A DNA stretch of 64,000 nucleotides from Eledone cirrhosa (GCA_964016885.1 OZ024742.1:358484001-358548000); one strand, 5' to 3'. Shown: positions 15,001 to 24,620, numbered from the stretch's first letter. Notes: generated by a model not told the origin, from the letters alone. Translations and numbers: made by a program.

Positions 15001-18000
15001 AAACTGTTTTATCCTTTTCAGTTACCAACATGTCTAACACTGGCTTTGGTTCTATGAAATAAAACTATGTTATCCCTTTAGTTACCAACATGTCCCAAAC
15101 TGGCTTTGGTTCTATGAAATGAAACTGTTTTATCACTTTAGTTACCAACATGTCCAAAACTGGCTTTGGTTCTATGAAATAAAACTGTTTTATCCCTTTA
15201 GTTACCAACATGTCCAAAACTGGCTTTGGTTCTATGTAATAAAACTATTTTATCCCTTTCAGTTACCAACATATCCAAAACTGGCTTTGGTTCTATGAAA
15301 TAAAACTGTTTTATCCCTTTATTTATCAACATGTCCAAAACTGGCTTTGGTTCTATGTAATAAAACTGTTGTATCCCTTTAGTTACCAACATGTCCAAAA
15401 CTGGCTTTGGTTCTATGAAATAAAACTATTTTATCCCTTTAGTTACCAACATGTCCAAAACTGGCTTTGGTTCTATGAAATAAAACTGTTTTATCTATTT
15501 AGTTACCAAACCAGCTAAAAAAAGCTCTGGTTTTATGAAATAAAACTGTTTTAGCCCTTTAGTTATCAACCCGGCCAAAATCAGCTCTGGTTCTATGAAA
15601 TACAACTGTTTTATCCCTTTAATTATCAACCCGGCCAAAATTGGTTCCGGTTCTATGAAATAAAACTGTTTTATCCCTTTAGTTATCAACGTGTCCAAAA
15701 CTGGCTTTGGTTCTATGAAATAAAACTGTTTTATCCCTTTATTTATCAACATGTCCAAAACTGGCTTTGGTTCTATGTAATAAAACTGTTGTATCCCTTT
15801 AGTTACCAACATGTCCAAAACTGGCTTTGGTTCTATGAAATAAAACTATTTTATCCCTTTAATTACCAACATGTCCAAAACTGGCTTTGGTTCTATGAAA
15901 TAAAACTATTTTATCCCTTTAGTTACCAACATGTCCAAAACTGGTTCTGGTTCTATGAAATAAAATTGTTTTATTCCTTTAGTTACCAAACCAGCTAAAA
16001 AGAGCTCTGGTTCTATGAAATAAAACTGTTTTAGCCCTTTAGTTATCAACCAGGCCAAAACCAGCTCTGGTTCTATGAAATAAAACTGTTTTATCCCTTC
16101 AATTATCAACCCGGCCAAAATTGGTTCTGGTTCTATGAAATAAAACTGTTTTATCCCTTTAGTTACCAACATCTCCAAAACTGTCTTTGGTTCTATGAAA
16201 TAAAACTGTTTTATCCCTTTCAGTTACCAACATGCCCTAAACTGGCTTTGGTTATATGTAATAAAACTGTTTTATCCCTTTCAGTTACCAACATGTCCAA
16301 AACTGGCTTTGGTTCTATGAAATAAAAGTGTTTTATCCCTTTAGTTATCAACCCGGCCAAAACTGGCTTTGGTTCTATGAAATAAAACTATTTTATCCCT
16401 TTATTTACCAACATGTCCAAAACTGGCTTTGGTTCTATGAAATAAAACTGTTTTATCCCTTTAGTTACCAACATGTCCAAAACTGGTTCTGGTTCTGTGA
16501 AATAAAACGGTTTTATCCGTTTAGTTATCAACATTTCCAAAACTGGCTTTGGTTCTATGAAATACATCTGTTTTATCCCTTTAGTTATCAACATGTCCAA
16601 AACTGGCTTTGGTTCTATGAAATAATACTGTTTTATCCCTTTCAGTTACCAACATGTCCAAAACTGGCTTTGGTTCTATGAAATAAAACTGTTTTTCCCT
16701 TTAGTTATGAACATGTCAAAAACTGTCTTTGGTTCTATGAAATAAATCTGTTTTATCCCTTTCAGTTACCAACATGTCCAAAACTGACTTTGGTTCTATG
16801 TAATAAAACTGTTTTATCCTTTTCAGTTACCAACATGTCTAACACTGGCTTTGGTTCTATGAAATAAAACTATGTTATCCCTTTAGTTACCAACATGTCC
16901 AAAACTGGCATTGGTTCTATGAAATGAAACTGTTTTATCACTTTAGTTACCAACATGTCCAAAACTGGCTTTGGTTCTATGAAATAAAACTGTTTTATCC
17001 CTTTAGTTACCAACATGTCCAAAACTGGCTTTGGTTCTATGTAATAAAACTATTTTATCCCTTTCAGTTACCAACATGTCCAAAACTGGCTTTGGTTCTA
17101 TGAAATAAAACTGTTTTATCCCTTTATTTATCAACATGTCCAAAACTGGCTTTGGTTCTATGTAATAAAACTGTTGTATCCCTTTAGTTACCAACATGTC
17201 CCAAACTGGCTTTGGTTCTATGAAATAAAACTATTTTATCCCTTTAGTTACCAACATGTCCAAAACTGGCTTTGGTTCTATGAAATAAAACTGTTTTATC
17301 TATTTAGTTACCAAACCAGCTAAAAAAAGCTCTGGTTTTATGAAATAAAACTGTTTTAGCCCTTTAGTTAACAACCCGGCCAAAATCAGCTCTGGTTCTA
17401 TGAAATACAACTGTTTTATCCCTTTAATTATCAACCCGGCCAAAATTGGTTCCGGTTCTATGAAATAAAACTGTTTTATCCCTTTATTTATCAACATGTC
17501 CAAAACTGGCTTTGGTTCTATGTAATAAAACTGTTGTATCCCTTTAGTTACCAACATGTCCAAAACTGGCTTTGGTTCTATGAAATAAAACTATTTTATC
17601 CCTTTAGTTACCAACATGTCCAAAACTGGCTTTGGTTCTATGAAATAAAACTATTTTATCCCTTTAGTTAACCAACATGTCCAAAACTGGTTCTGGTTCT
17701 ATGAAATAAAATTGTTTTATCCCTTTAGTTACCAAACCAGCTAAAAAGAGCTCTGGTTCTATGAAATAAAACTGTTTTAGCCCTTTAGTTATCAACCAGG
17801 CCAAAATCAGCTCTGGTTCTAAGAAATAAAACTGTTTTATCCCTTCAATTATCAACCCGGCCAAAATTGGTTCTGGTTCTATGAAATAAAACTGTTTTAT
17901 CCCTTTAGTTACCAACATCTCCAAAACTGTCTTTGGTTCTATGAAATAAAACTGTTTTATCCCTTTCAGTTACCAACATGCCCTAAACTGGCTTTGGTTA

Positions 18001-21000
18001 TATGTAATAAAACTGTTTTATCCCTTTCAGTTACCAACATGTCCAAAACTGGCTTTGGTTCTATGAAATAAAAGTGTTTTATCCCTTTAGTTATCAACCC
18101 GGCCAAAACTGGCTTTGGTTCTATGAAATAAAACTATTTTATCCCTTTATTTACCAACATGTCCAAAACTGGCTTTGGTTCTATGAAATAAAACTGTTTT
18201 ATCCCTTTAGTTACCAACATGTCCAAAACTGGTTCTGGTTCTATGAAATAAAACGGTTTTATCCGTTTAGTTATCAACATTTCCAAAACTGGCTTTGGTT
18301 CTATGAAATACATCTGTTTTATCCCTTTAGTTATCAACATGTCCAAAACTGGCTTTGGTTCTATGAAATAATACTGTTTTATCCCTTTCAGTTACCAACA
18401 TGTCCAAAACTGGCTTTGGTTCTATGAAATAAAACTGTTTTTCCCTTTAGTTATGAACATGTCCAAAACTGTCTTTGGTTCTATGAAATAAATCTGTTTT
18501 ATCCCTTTCAGTTACCAACATGTCCAAAACTGACTTTGGTTCTATGTAATAAAACTGTTTTATCCTTTTCAGTTACCAACATGTCTAACACTGGCTTTGG
18601 TTCTATGAAATAAAACTATGTTATCCCTTTAGTTACCAACATGTCCAAAACTGGCATTGGTTCTATGAAATGAAACTGTTTTATCACTTTAGTTACCAAC
18701 ATGTCCAAAACTGGCTTTGGTTCTATGAAATAAAACTGTTTTATCCCTTTAGTTACCAACATGTCCAAAACTGGCTTTGGTTCTATGTAATAAAACTATT
18801 TTATCCCTTTCAGTTACCAACATGTCCAAAACTGGCTTTGGTTCTATGAAATAAAACTGTTTTATCCCTTTATTTATCAACATGTCCAAAACTGGCTTTG
18901 GTTCTATGTAATAAAACTGTTGTATCCCTTTAGTTACCAACATGTCCAAAACTGGCTTTGGTTCTATGAAATAAAACTATTTTATCCCTTTAGTTACCAA
19001 CATGTCCAAAACTGGCTTTGGTTCTATGAAATAAAACTGTTTTATCTATTTAGTTACCAAACCAGCTAAAAAAAGCTCTGGTTTTATGAAATAAAACTGT
19101 TTTAGCCCTTTAGTTAACAACCCGGCCAAAATCAGCTCTGGTTCTATGAAATACAACTGTTTTATCCCTTTAATTATCAACCCGGCCAAAATTGGTTCCG
19201 GTTCTATGAAATAAAACTGTTTTATCCCTTTATTTATCAACATGTCCAAAACTGGCTTTGGTTCTATGTAATAAAACTGTTGTATCCCTTTAGTTACCAA
19301 CATGTCCAAAACTGGCTTTGGTTCTATGAAATAAAACTATTTTATCCCTTTAGTTACCAACATGTCCCAAACTGGCTTTGGTTCTATGAAATAAAACTAT
19401 TTTATCCCTTTAGTTACCAACATGTCCAAAACTGGTTCTGGTTCTATGAAATAAAATTGTTTTATCCCTTTAGTTACCAAACCAGCTAAAAAGAGCTCTG
19501 GTTCTATGAAATAAAACTGTTTTAGCCCTTTAGTTATCAACCAGGCCAAAACCAGCTCTGGTTCTATGAAATAAAACTGTTTTATCCCTTCAATTATCAA
19601 CCCGGCCAAAATTGGTTCTGGTTCTATGAAATAAAACTGTTTTATCCCTTTAGTTACCAACATCTCCAAAACTGTCTTTGGTTCTATGAAATAAAACTGT
19701 TTTATCCCTTTCAGTTACCAACATGTCCTAAACTGGCTTTGGTTATATGTAATAAAACTGTTTTATCCCTTTCAGTCACCAACATGTCCAAAACTGGCTT
19801 TGGTTCTATGAAATAAAAGTGTTTTATCACTTTAGTTATCAACCCGGCCAAAACTGGCTTTGGTTCTATGAAATAAAACTATTTTATCCCTTTATTTACT
19901 AACATGTCCAAAACTGGCTTTGGTTCTATGAAATAAAACTGTTTTATCCCTTTAGTTACCAACATGTCCAAAACTGGTTCTGGTTCTATGAAATAAAACT
20001 GTTTTATCCGTTTAGTTATCAACATTTCTAAAACTGGCTTTGGTTCTATGAAATACATCTGTTTTATCCCTTTAGTTATCAACATGTCCAAAACTGGCTT
20101 TGGTTCTATGAAATAATACTGTTTTGTCCCTTTCAGTTACCAACATGTCCAAAACTGGCTTTGGTTCTATGAAATAAAACTGTTTTTTCCCTTTAGTTAT
20201 GAACATGTCCAAAACTGTCTTTGGTTCTATGAAATAAATCTGTTTTATCCCTTTCAGTTACCAACATGTCCAAAACTGACTTTTGTTCTATGTAATAAAA
20301 CTGTTTTATCCTTTTCAGTTACCAACATGTCTAACACTGGCTTTGGTTCTATGAAATAAAACTATGTTATCCCTTTAGTTACCAACATGTCCCAAACTGG
20401 CTTTGGTTCTATGAAATGAAACTGTTTTATCACTTTAGTTACCAACATGTCCAAAACTGGCTTTGGTTCTATGAAATAAAACTGTTTTATCCCTTTAGTT
20501 ACCAACATGTCCAAAACTGGCTTTGGTTCTATGTAATAAAACTATTTTATCCCTTTCAGTTACCAACATATCCAAAACTGGCTTTGGTTCTATGAAATAA
20601 AACTGTTTTATCCCTTTATTTATCAACATGTCCAAAACTGGCTTTGGTTCTATGTAATAAAACTGTTGTATCCCTTTAGTTACCAACATGTCCAAAACTG
20701 GCTTTGGTTCTATGAAATAAAACTATTTTATCCCTTTAGTTACCAACATGTCCAAAACTGGCTTTGGTTCTATGAAATAAAACTGTTTTATCTATTTAGT
20801 TACCAAACCAGCTAAAAAAAGCTCTGGTTTTATGAAATAAAACTGTTTTAGCCCTTTAGTTATCAACCCGGCCAAAATCAGCTCTGGTTCTATGAAATAC
20901 AACTGTTTTATCCCTTTAATTATCAACCCGGCCAAAATTGGTTCCGGTTCTATGAAATAAAACTGTTTTATCCCTTTAGTTATCAACGTGTCCAAAACTG

Positions 21001-21705
21001 GCTTTGGTTCTATGAAATAAAACTGTTTTATCCCCTTAGTTACCAACATGTCCAAAACTGGTTTTGGTTCTATGAAATAAAACTGTTGTATCCCTTTAGT
21101 TATCAACATGTCCAAAACTGACTTTGGTTCTATGAACTAAAACTGTTTTATCCCCTTAGTTACCAACATGTCCAAAACTGGTTTTGGTTCTATGAAATAA
21201 AACTGTTGTATCCCTTTAGTTATCAACATGTCCAAAACTGACTTTGGTTCTATGAAATAAAACTGTTTTATCCCCTTAGTTACCAACATGTCCAAAACTG
21301 GTTTTGGTTCTATGAAATAAAACAGTTGTATCCCTTTAGTTATCAACATGTCCAAAACTGACTTTGGTTCTATGAAATAAAACTGTTTTATCCCCTTAGT
21401 TACCAACATGTCCAAAACTGGTTTTGGTTCTATGAAATAAAACTGTTGTATCCCTTTAGTTATCAACATGTCCAAAACTGACTTTGGTTCTATGAAATAA
21501 AACTGTTTTATCCCCTTAGTTACCAACATGTCCAAAACTGGTTTTGGTTCTATGAAATAAAACTGTTGTATCCCTTTAGTTATCAACATGTCCAAAACTG
21601 GCTCTGGTTCTATGAAATAAAACTGTTTTATCCCTTTAGTTATCAACATGTACAAAATCAACTCTGCTTCTATATAAAACTGGTCCTGGTTCTATGAAAT
21701 AAAAC
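1..21705. repeat. 60-bp AT-rich tandem satellite array (~360 monomers), running off the left edge of the window
   Basis: Consensus GGCTTTGGTTCTATGAAATAAAACTGTTTTATCCCTTTAGTTACCAACATGTCCAAAACT repeats head-to-tail with no unique spacers; 61-bp (CCCTTTCAGTT) and 59-bp (CTGTTTTTCCC) variants occur; last recognisable copy ends ...TCTATGAAATAAAAC at 21705. Confidence 0.99.
21021..21600. repeat. Terminal sub-array of the satellite: 120-bp dimer x ~5
   Basis: Alternating monomers ...TCCCCTTAGTTACC...ACTGGTTTTGG and ...GTTGTATCCC...TATC...ACTGACTTTGG recur at 21021, 21141, 21261, 21381 and 21501 with only isolated substitutions. Confidence 0.95.
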
Positions 21706-21971
21706 CACCCATTTTAAAGGTTTCCAATTTAAATTAAAATCTTCCAACATAATTTTATATAAGAACTTTAGATTAAGTTACTATCTTAGTAATGAAATAA
21801 CTAATAATTGTAGTAAATCCTTCAAAATTATTTTAATTAATTAAAATAGAGTGTATTTCATTAGAAATATGGTCATGAAAGGCTTAAGCATATGTTGTCA
21901 ATATCCTGGCAGATATCCAGCTAGCAAAGTTTAAACAATATAATAATATGCAAGTATATCTGTTCCACATG

Positions 21972-22033
21972 CAGGGCCAGATTTAAAGGGAACCAAAGGG
22001 GGTAACTGCCTCAGGCCCCCCTGTTGTAGGGAT
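21972..22033 (+). mobile_element. Left-end fragment of a non-autonomous DNA transposon/MITE (same family as 23728-23955)
   Basis: CAGGGCCAGATTTAA...GGGG...AACTGCCTCAGGCCCCC aligns by eye to CAAGGCCAGATTTAA...GGGG...AATTGTCCCAGGCCCCC at 23728; no matching right end nearby. Confidence 0.6.
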
Positions 22034-22137
22034 ATTGTCTCTAATGGGGAAATGAACTCTTCATATGGCAGGTTAATGTACATTTAATTGCTTTCTTTCT
22101 TCTCACCTCTGTTTCTTCCTAACATGTTCTCTCCCAG

Positions 22138-22236
22138 TGTACTCTTCATTATTGATGTAGTTCTTGCTGATATAATTGTTGTTTGTTTCATCAGTGACAT
22201 TGGTCTGTCAGGTGATGTTTCCACTACAGCTAGCTG
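22138..22236 (+). other. Possible isolated 99-bp internal exon (unverified)
   Basis: Pyrimidine tract 22091-22135 containing CTAAC (22119-22123), CAG acceptor ending 22137, GTAAGT donor at 22237-22242; length divisible by 3; one frame open (VLFIIDVVLADIIVVCFISDIGLSGDVSTTAS). No homology recognised. Confidence 0.2.
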
Positions 22237-22408
22237 GTAAGTGGTATCTGTGACAGTGTTACCCCATTTCTCTATCTACTATCTCCTGAAAAGTGTAGCT
22301 TGAAGCTGTGTATTGACTTTCGCTCACATCTGAGCATTAAACTAATATTCTCAACTTTTACTGTATTCTAATGTGTTTATATTTTTGTATTTCTTCTTTT
22401 ACTTCATT

Positions 22409-22598
22409 GGATTGGCAGTATTGGCAGAGGGTCGGACGTCATGCTTTCCAGCATAGTTACGTCCATTTACGATCTGAATTCAAAACCCGCCGAGGTTGAC
22501 TTTGCCTTTCATCCTTACGGGGTCGATAAAAGAAAGTACCAGTAATGCACTGGGTAATTGCTGGCATTGTGCCTAAAGTAGAAACAATTATATATTCA
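22409..22598 (+). mobile_element. tRNA-derived SINE, copy 1 (octopus-type, decayed)
   Basis: A-box-like TGGCAGTATTGG, B-box-like GAATTCAAAACC, core GCCGAGGTTGACTTTGCCTTTCATCCTTACGGGGTCGATAAA...AAGTACCAGT, 3' TTGTGCCTAAAGTAGAAAC and AT-rich tail; matches my recollection of the common octopus SINE. Confidence 0.85.
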
Positions 22599-22604
22599 TT
22601 AATC

Positions 22605-22800
22605 GGGGGATTGGCAGTATTGGTAGAAGGTTGGACGCCATGCTTTGCAACATAGAGTTACGCCCCTTTATGGTCTCACTTCAAATCCCACCAACGTTCA
22701 CTTTGCCTTTCATCCTTACGGGGTCGATAAATTAAAGTACCAGTAATGTACTGGGGTAATTGCTGGCCTTGTGCCAATAGTAGAAACAATTATATATTCA
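22605..22800 (+). mobile_element. tRNA-derived SINE, copy 2 (tandem, ~200-bp period)
   Basis: Repeats copy 1 motifs: GGATTGGCAGTATTGG at 22608, TTCAAATCCC, CTTTGCCTTTCATCCTTACGGGGTCGATAAATTAAAGTACCAGTAATG, GTAGAAACAATTATATATTCAT. Confidence 0.85.
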
Positions 22801-22845
22801 TAAAACGGTGCTGATGATTCATTAATCCTTCATTGTAAGATAAAA

Positions 22846-22909
22846 TGAGAGAGAGAAGAAATAAAACGGTAGAAGAGAATAAGAAAAGAAAGAAAACAGA
22901 AAAGAAATA
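22846..22909 (+). repeat. Purine-rich (GA/GAAA) low-complexity tract
   Basis: GAGAGAGAGAAGAAATAAAACGGTAGAAGAGAATAAGAAAAGAAAGAAAACAGAAAAGAAA. Confidence 0.8.
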
Positions 22910-23094
22910 TATATGATGGCTTTAAACTTGTTCTCAATGAGGACTAATCAATTGAAAGAGAAGAAGCTTGCAAGTTATTGCATATGAAATGGGGCCTCTA
23001 TTGGGATTTTATGAAATATCTACGGTATACCAACTCTGTATGCATTGAGTACTATTCTGGTTGGGGTCTTCTTGTTCTCTGAACAGCAAACACT

Positions 23095-23207
23095 TCATCA
23101 TTTTCATCATCATCATTGTTTTTTTTGTTGATCTTTTCATGCTGACATAAATTAGATGAGACTTTTTGTGGCAATGTTTTACAGCCAGATGCCCTTCCTG
23201 ATATTAA
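23095..23207 (-). mobile_element. 3' fragment of a second SINE family with (GAT)n tail
   Basis: Minus strand reads TCAGGAAGGGCATCTGGCTGTAAAACATTGCCAC...CAGCATGAAAAG...ATGATGATGATG; the AGGAAGGGCATCCRGCYGTAAAA motif with a (GAT)n tail is a retroposon 3' region I recall from octopus and other aquatic animals. Confidence 0.7.
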
Positions 23208-23226
23208 TTCTTTCAGTTGCTTATGA

Positions 23227-23282
23227 TGCAAGTGTGTGTGTATGGGATGTACACACACACTTGCACATCCCATACACACACA
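23227..23282. repeat. Overlapping perfect inverted repeats (two alternative hairpins)
   Basis: TGCAAGTGTGTGTGTA (23227-23242) is the exact reverse complement of 23250-23265; TGTGTGTGTATGGGATGT (23233-23250) is the exact reverse complement of 23265-23282. Confidence 0.95.
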
Positions 23283-23455
23283 TCAAAAGGCACATGTAAA
23301 CTAATAGCCTTATTGCTGGGCCAGTAGTGTTTATATTTGAGTAAATGTAGATTTATAATCCTTCATCAAATATAGTTACTCTGTTAATATTTCATGACTT
23401 GATCTCTTACTCATTTGAATATTAGTCCAGATTCTTCTGACTTTTTTAACAATGT

Positions 23456-23613
23456 CTAGGACGGGCAAAATTCCCAAGATCTATTGACGAGTTCTCTCCA
23501 GCGGTCTCTGCCCTCATTATCACTGCCATGTCCTGTGTCTCCAAGAGCTCAGTGTCTGTCCTTAGGGCATCAACATATATTAACCTCAGTCTTCCTCTTC
23601 CAGTGTGTCCATG
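23456..23613 (-). mobile_element. 5'-truncated RTE/RTEX-like LINE, extreme C-terminus of the RT ORF
   Basis: Minus translation HGHTGRGRLRLIYVDALRTDTELLETQDMAVIM, then after one frameshift EGRDRWRELVNRSWEFCPS*; fits the RTE-clade C-terminal pattern G-x-R-x-RGRP..Y-x-D..D.....M-x-DR-xx-WR. Confidence 0.7.
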
Positions 23614-23727
23614 CATATTTTCATTTGTTTGGTTGTTTTTTTTAGTTTATTGTAGAATTTTAGAGATATAATCTAGGAGATGAAGACAAAGATATTTTCT
23701 GATTCATGCAATAGTAGCTGGCATGCT

Positions 23728-23955
23728 CAAGGCCAGATTTAATGGGGTTCAATTGTCCCAGGCCCCCTATAGTGTGGGAGCCCCACAGGAACGGCCATAG
23801 CTTTTTATTTGTGCCCTCAGCTGAGCTGTTTAGTTTTAGGATAGTAATTTTTGGGGGGAGGGGGGGGGGGGGTGTACTCCAATCTTTTGTGTATGAGGGT
23901 CCTCTCATACCGGAACAACTCTTCCCCACCCCTGCAAGGTCTAAATCCAACCCTA
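23728..23955. mobile_element. Decayed MITE (~228 bp) with 14-bp imperfect terminal inverted repeats
   Basis: Left CAAGGCCAGATTTA (23728-23741), right TAAATCCAACCCTA (23942-23955); both differ from an inferred CAGGGCCGGATTTA only by transitions; internal G6AG13 run at 23853-23872; no clear target-site duplication. Confidence 0.65.
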
Positions 23956-24083
23956 ATGTGAACTAATAGTCTTAAGTGTTTAGATTGTGTAACTGTGGAT
24001 TTGTCATCCTTCATCAAATATAAGTCCTATGTTAATATTTCAATACTTAGTAAATCTCTTATTGATTTGAGTATTTGTCTATA

Positions 24084-24620
24084 TTCTTCTTCTTCTCCCA
24101 CTTATTCGTGAGAGGGTCGTGGGGGCAGAGGGTCATTTCAGAAGCAATCATCTCCAACTGATCCGGCTGGATCCCCAAGCATGACCAGCCCAGCTCATGG
24201 AGGTTATCCAACCATTTTGCTCAGGGTCTACCCCTGGGTCTCCTGCTGGTTGGTTTTGCCTGTAAAGTCTATCCAACGTTTCTTTCCTAAGACATTCTAA
24301 CCACATTCCCATAGTATCAGAGCTGTGATCTCTCAATTTAGAGAAGTACTGGCCTCACTTGGAGTGACTCTCTGATGCCCAAGCTATACATTCTTTCCTG
24401 AGCCATTCTAACTACATCCCCATAGTATCAGAGCTGTGATCTCTCAATTCAGAGAAGTAGTGGCTCTATCTGGAGTGACTCTGTGATCTCTGAGCTATAC
24501 ATTCTTTCCTGGGCCATTCTAACCACATCCCCATAGTATCAGAGCTGTGATCTCTCAATTTAGAGAACTAGTGGCTCTATCTGGAGTGACTCCCCGATCT
24601 CTGAGCTACACACTCTATTC
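24084..24620 (-). mobile_element. 5'-truncated RTE-clade LINE (Expander/Rex3-like), pseudogenised RT ORF C-terminus with (GAA)n tail
   Basis: Minus translation NRVCSSEIGESLQIEPLVL*IERSQL*YYGDVVRMAQER ... TLQAKPTSRRPRGRP*AKWLDNLHELGWSCLGIQPDQLEMIASE, then LPPRP in a shifted frame; parallels Expander/Rex3 EPLLLHIERSQLRW.GH..RM...PTGRRPRGRPRTRW.D...L.W..LGI.P..L...LLPPRP; ends GAAGAAGAAGAA. Confidence 0.88.
24281..24613. repeat. 111-bp tandem triplication inside the RTE fragment
   Basis: CATAGTATCAGAGCTGTGATCTCTCAATT starts at 24310, 24421 and 24532; TCTTTCCT starts at 24281, 24392 and 24503. Confidence 0.95.

Noticed and set aside
384-21661. Dozens of ORFs with 20-aa repeats (DMLVTKGIKQFYFIEPKPVL on minus, FYPFSYQHVQNWLWFYEIKL on plus)
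   Set aside because: A 60-bp monomer is divisible by 3 and happens to be open in two frames; frequent stops and +1/-1 monomers are amplified by the higher-order repeats, which is incompatible with coding constraint.
1-21705. CRISPR-like look of constant (TTCTATGAAATAAAAC) plus variable segments at ~60-bp period
   Set aside because: The variable parts are point variants of one consensus, not unique spacers; no cas genes or leader; eukaryotic SINE/LINE context.
22409-22800. Possible tRNA genes (A/B-box motifs)
   Set aside because: No cloverleaf; boxes are followed by a SINE core and AT tail, so these are SINE heads.
23052-24336. Short ORFs 23052-23279, 23660-23950, 23742-23966, 23817-24017 and 24148-24336
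   Set aside because: They run across SINE, microsatellite, MITE and LINE remnants; the protein-like signal at 24148-24336 is in a different, stop-riddled frame (RTE).
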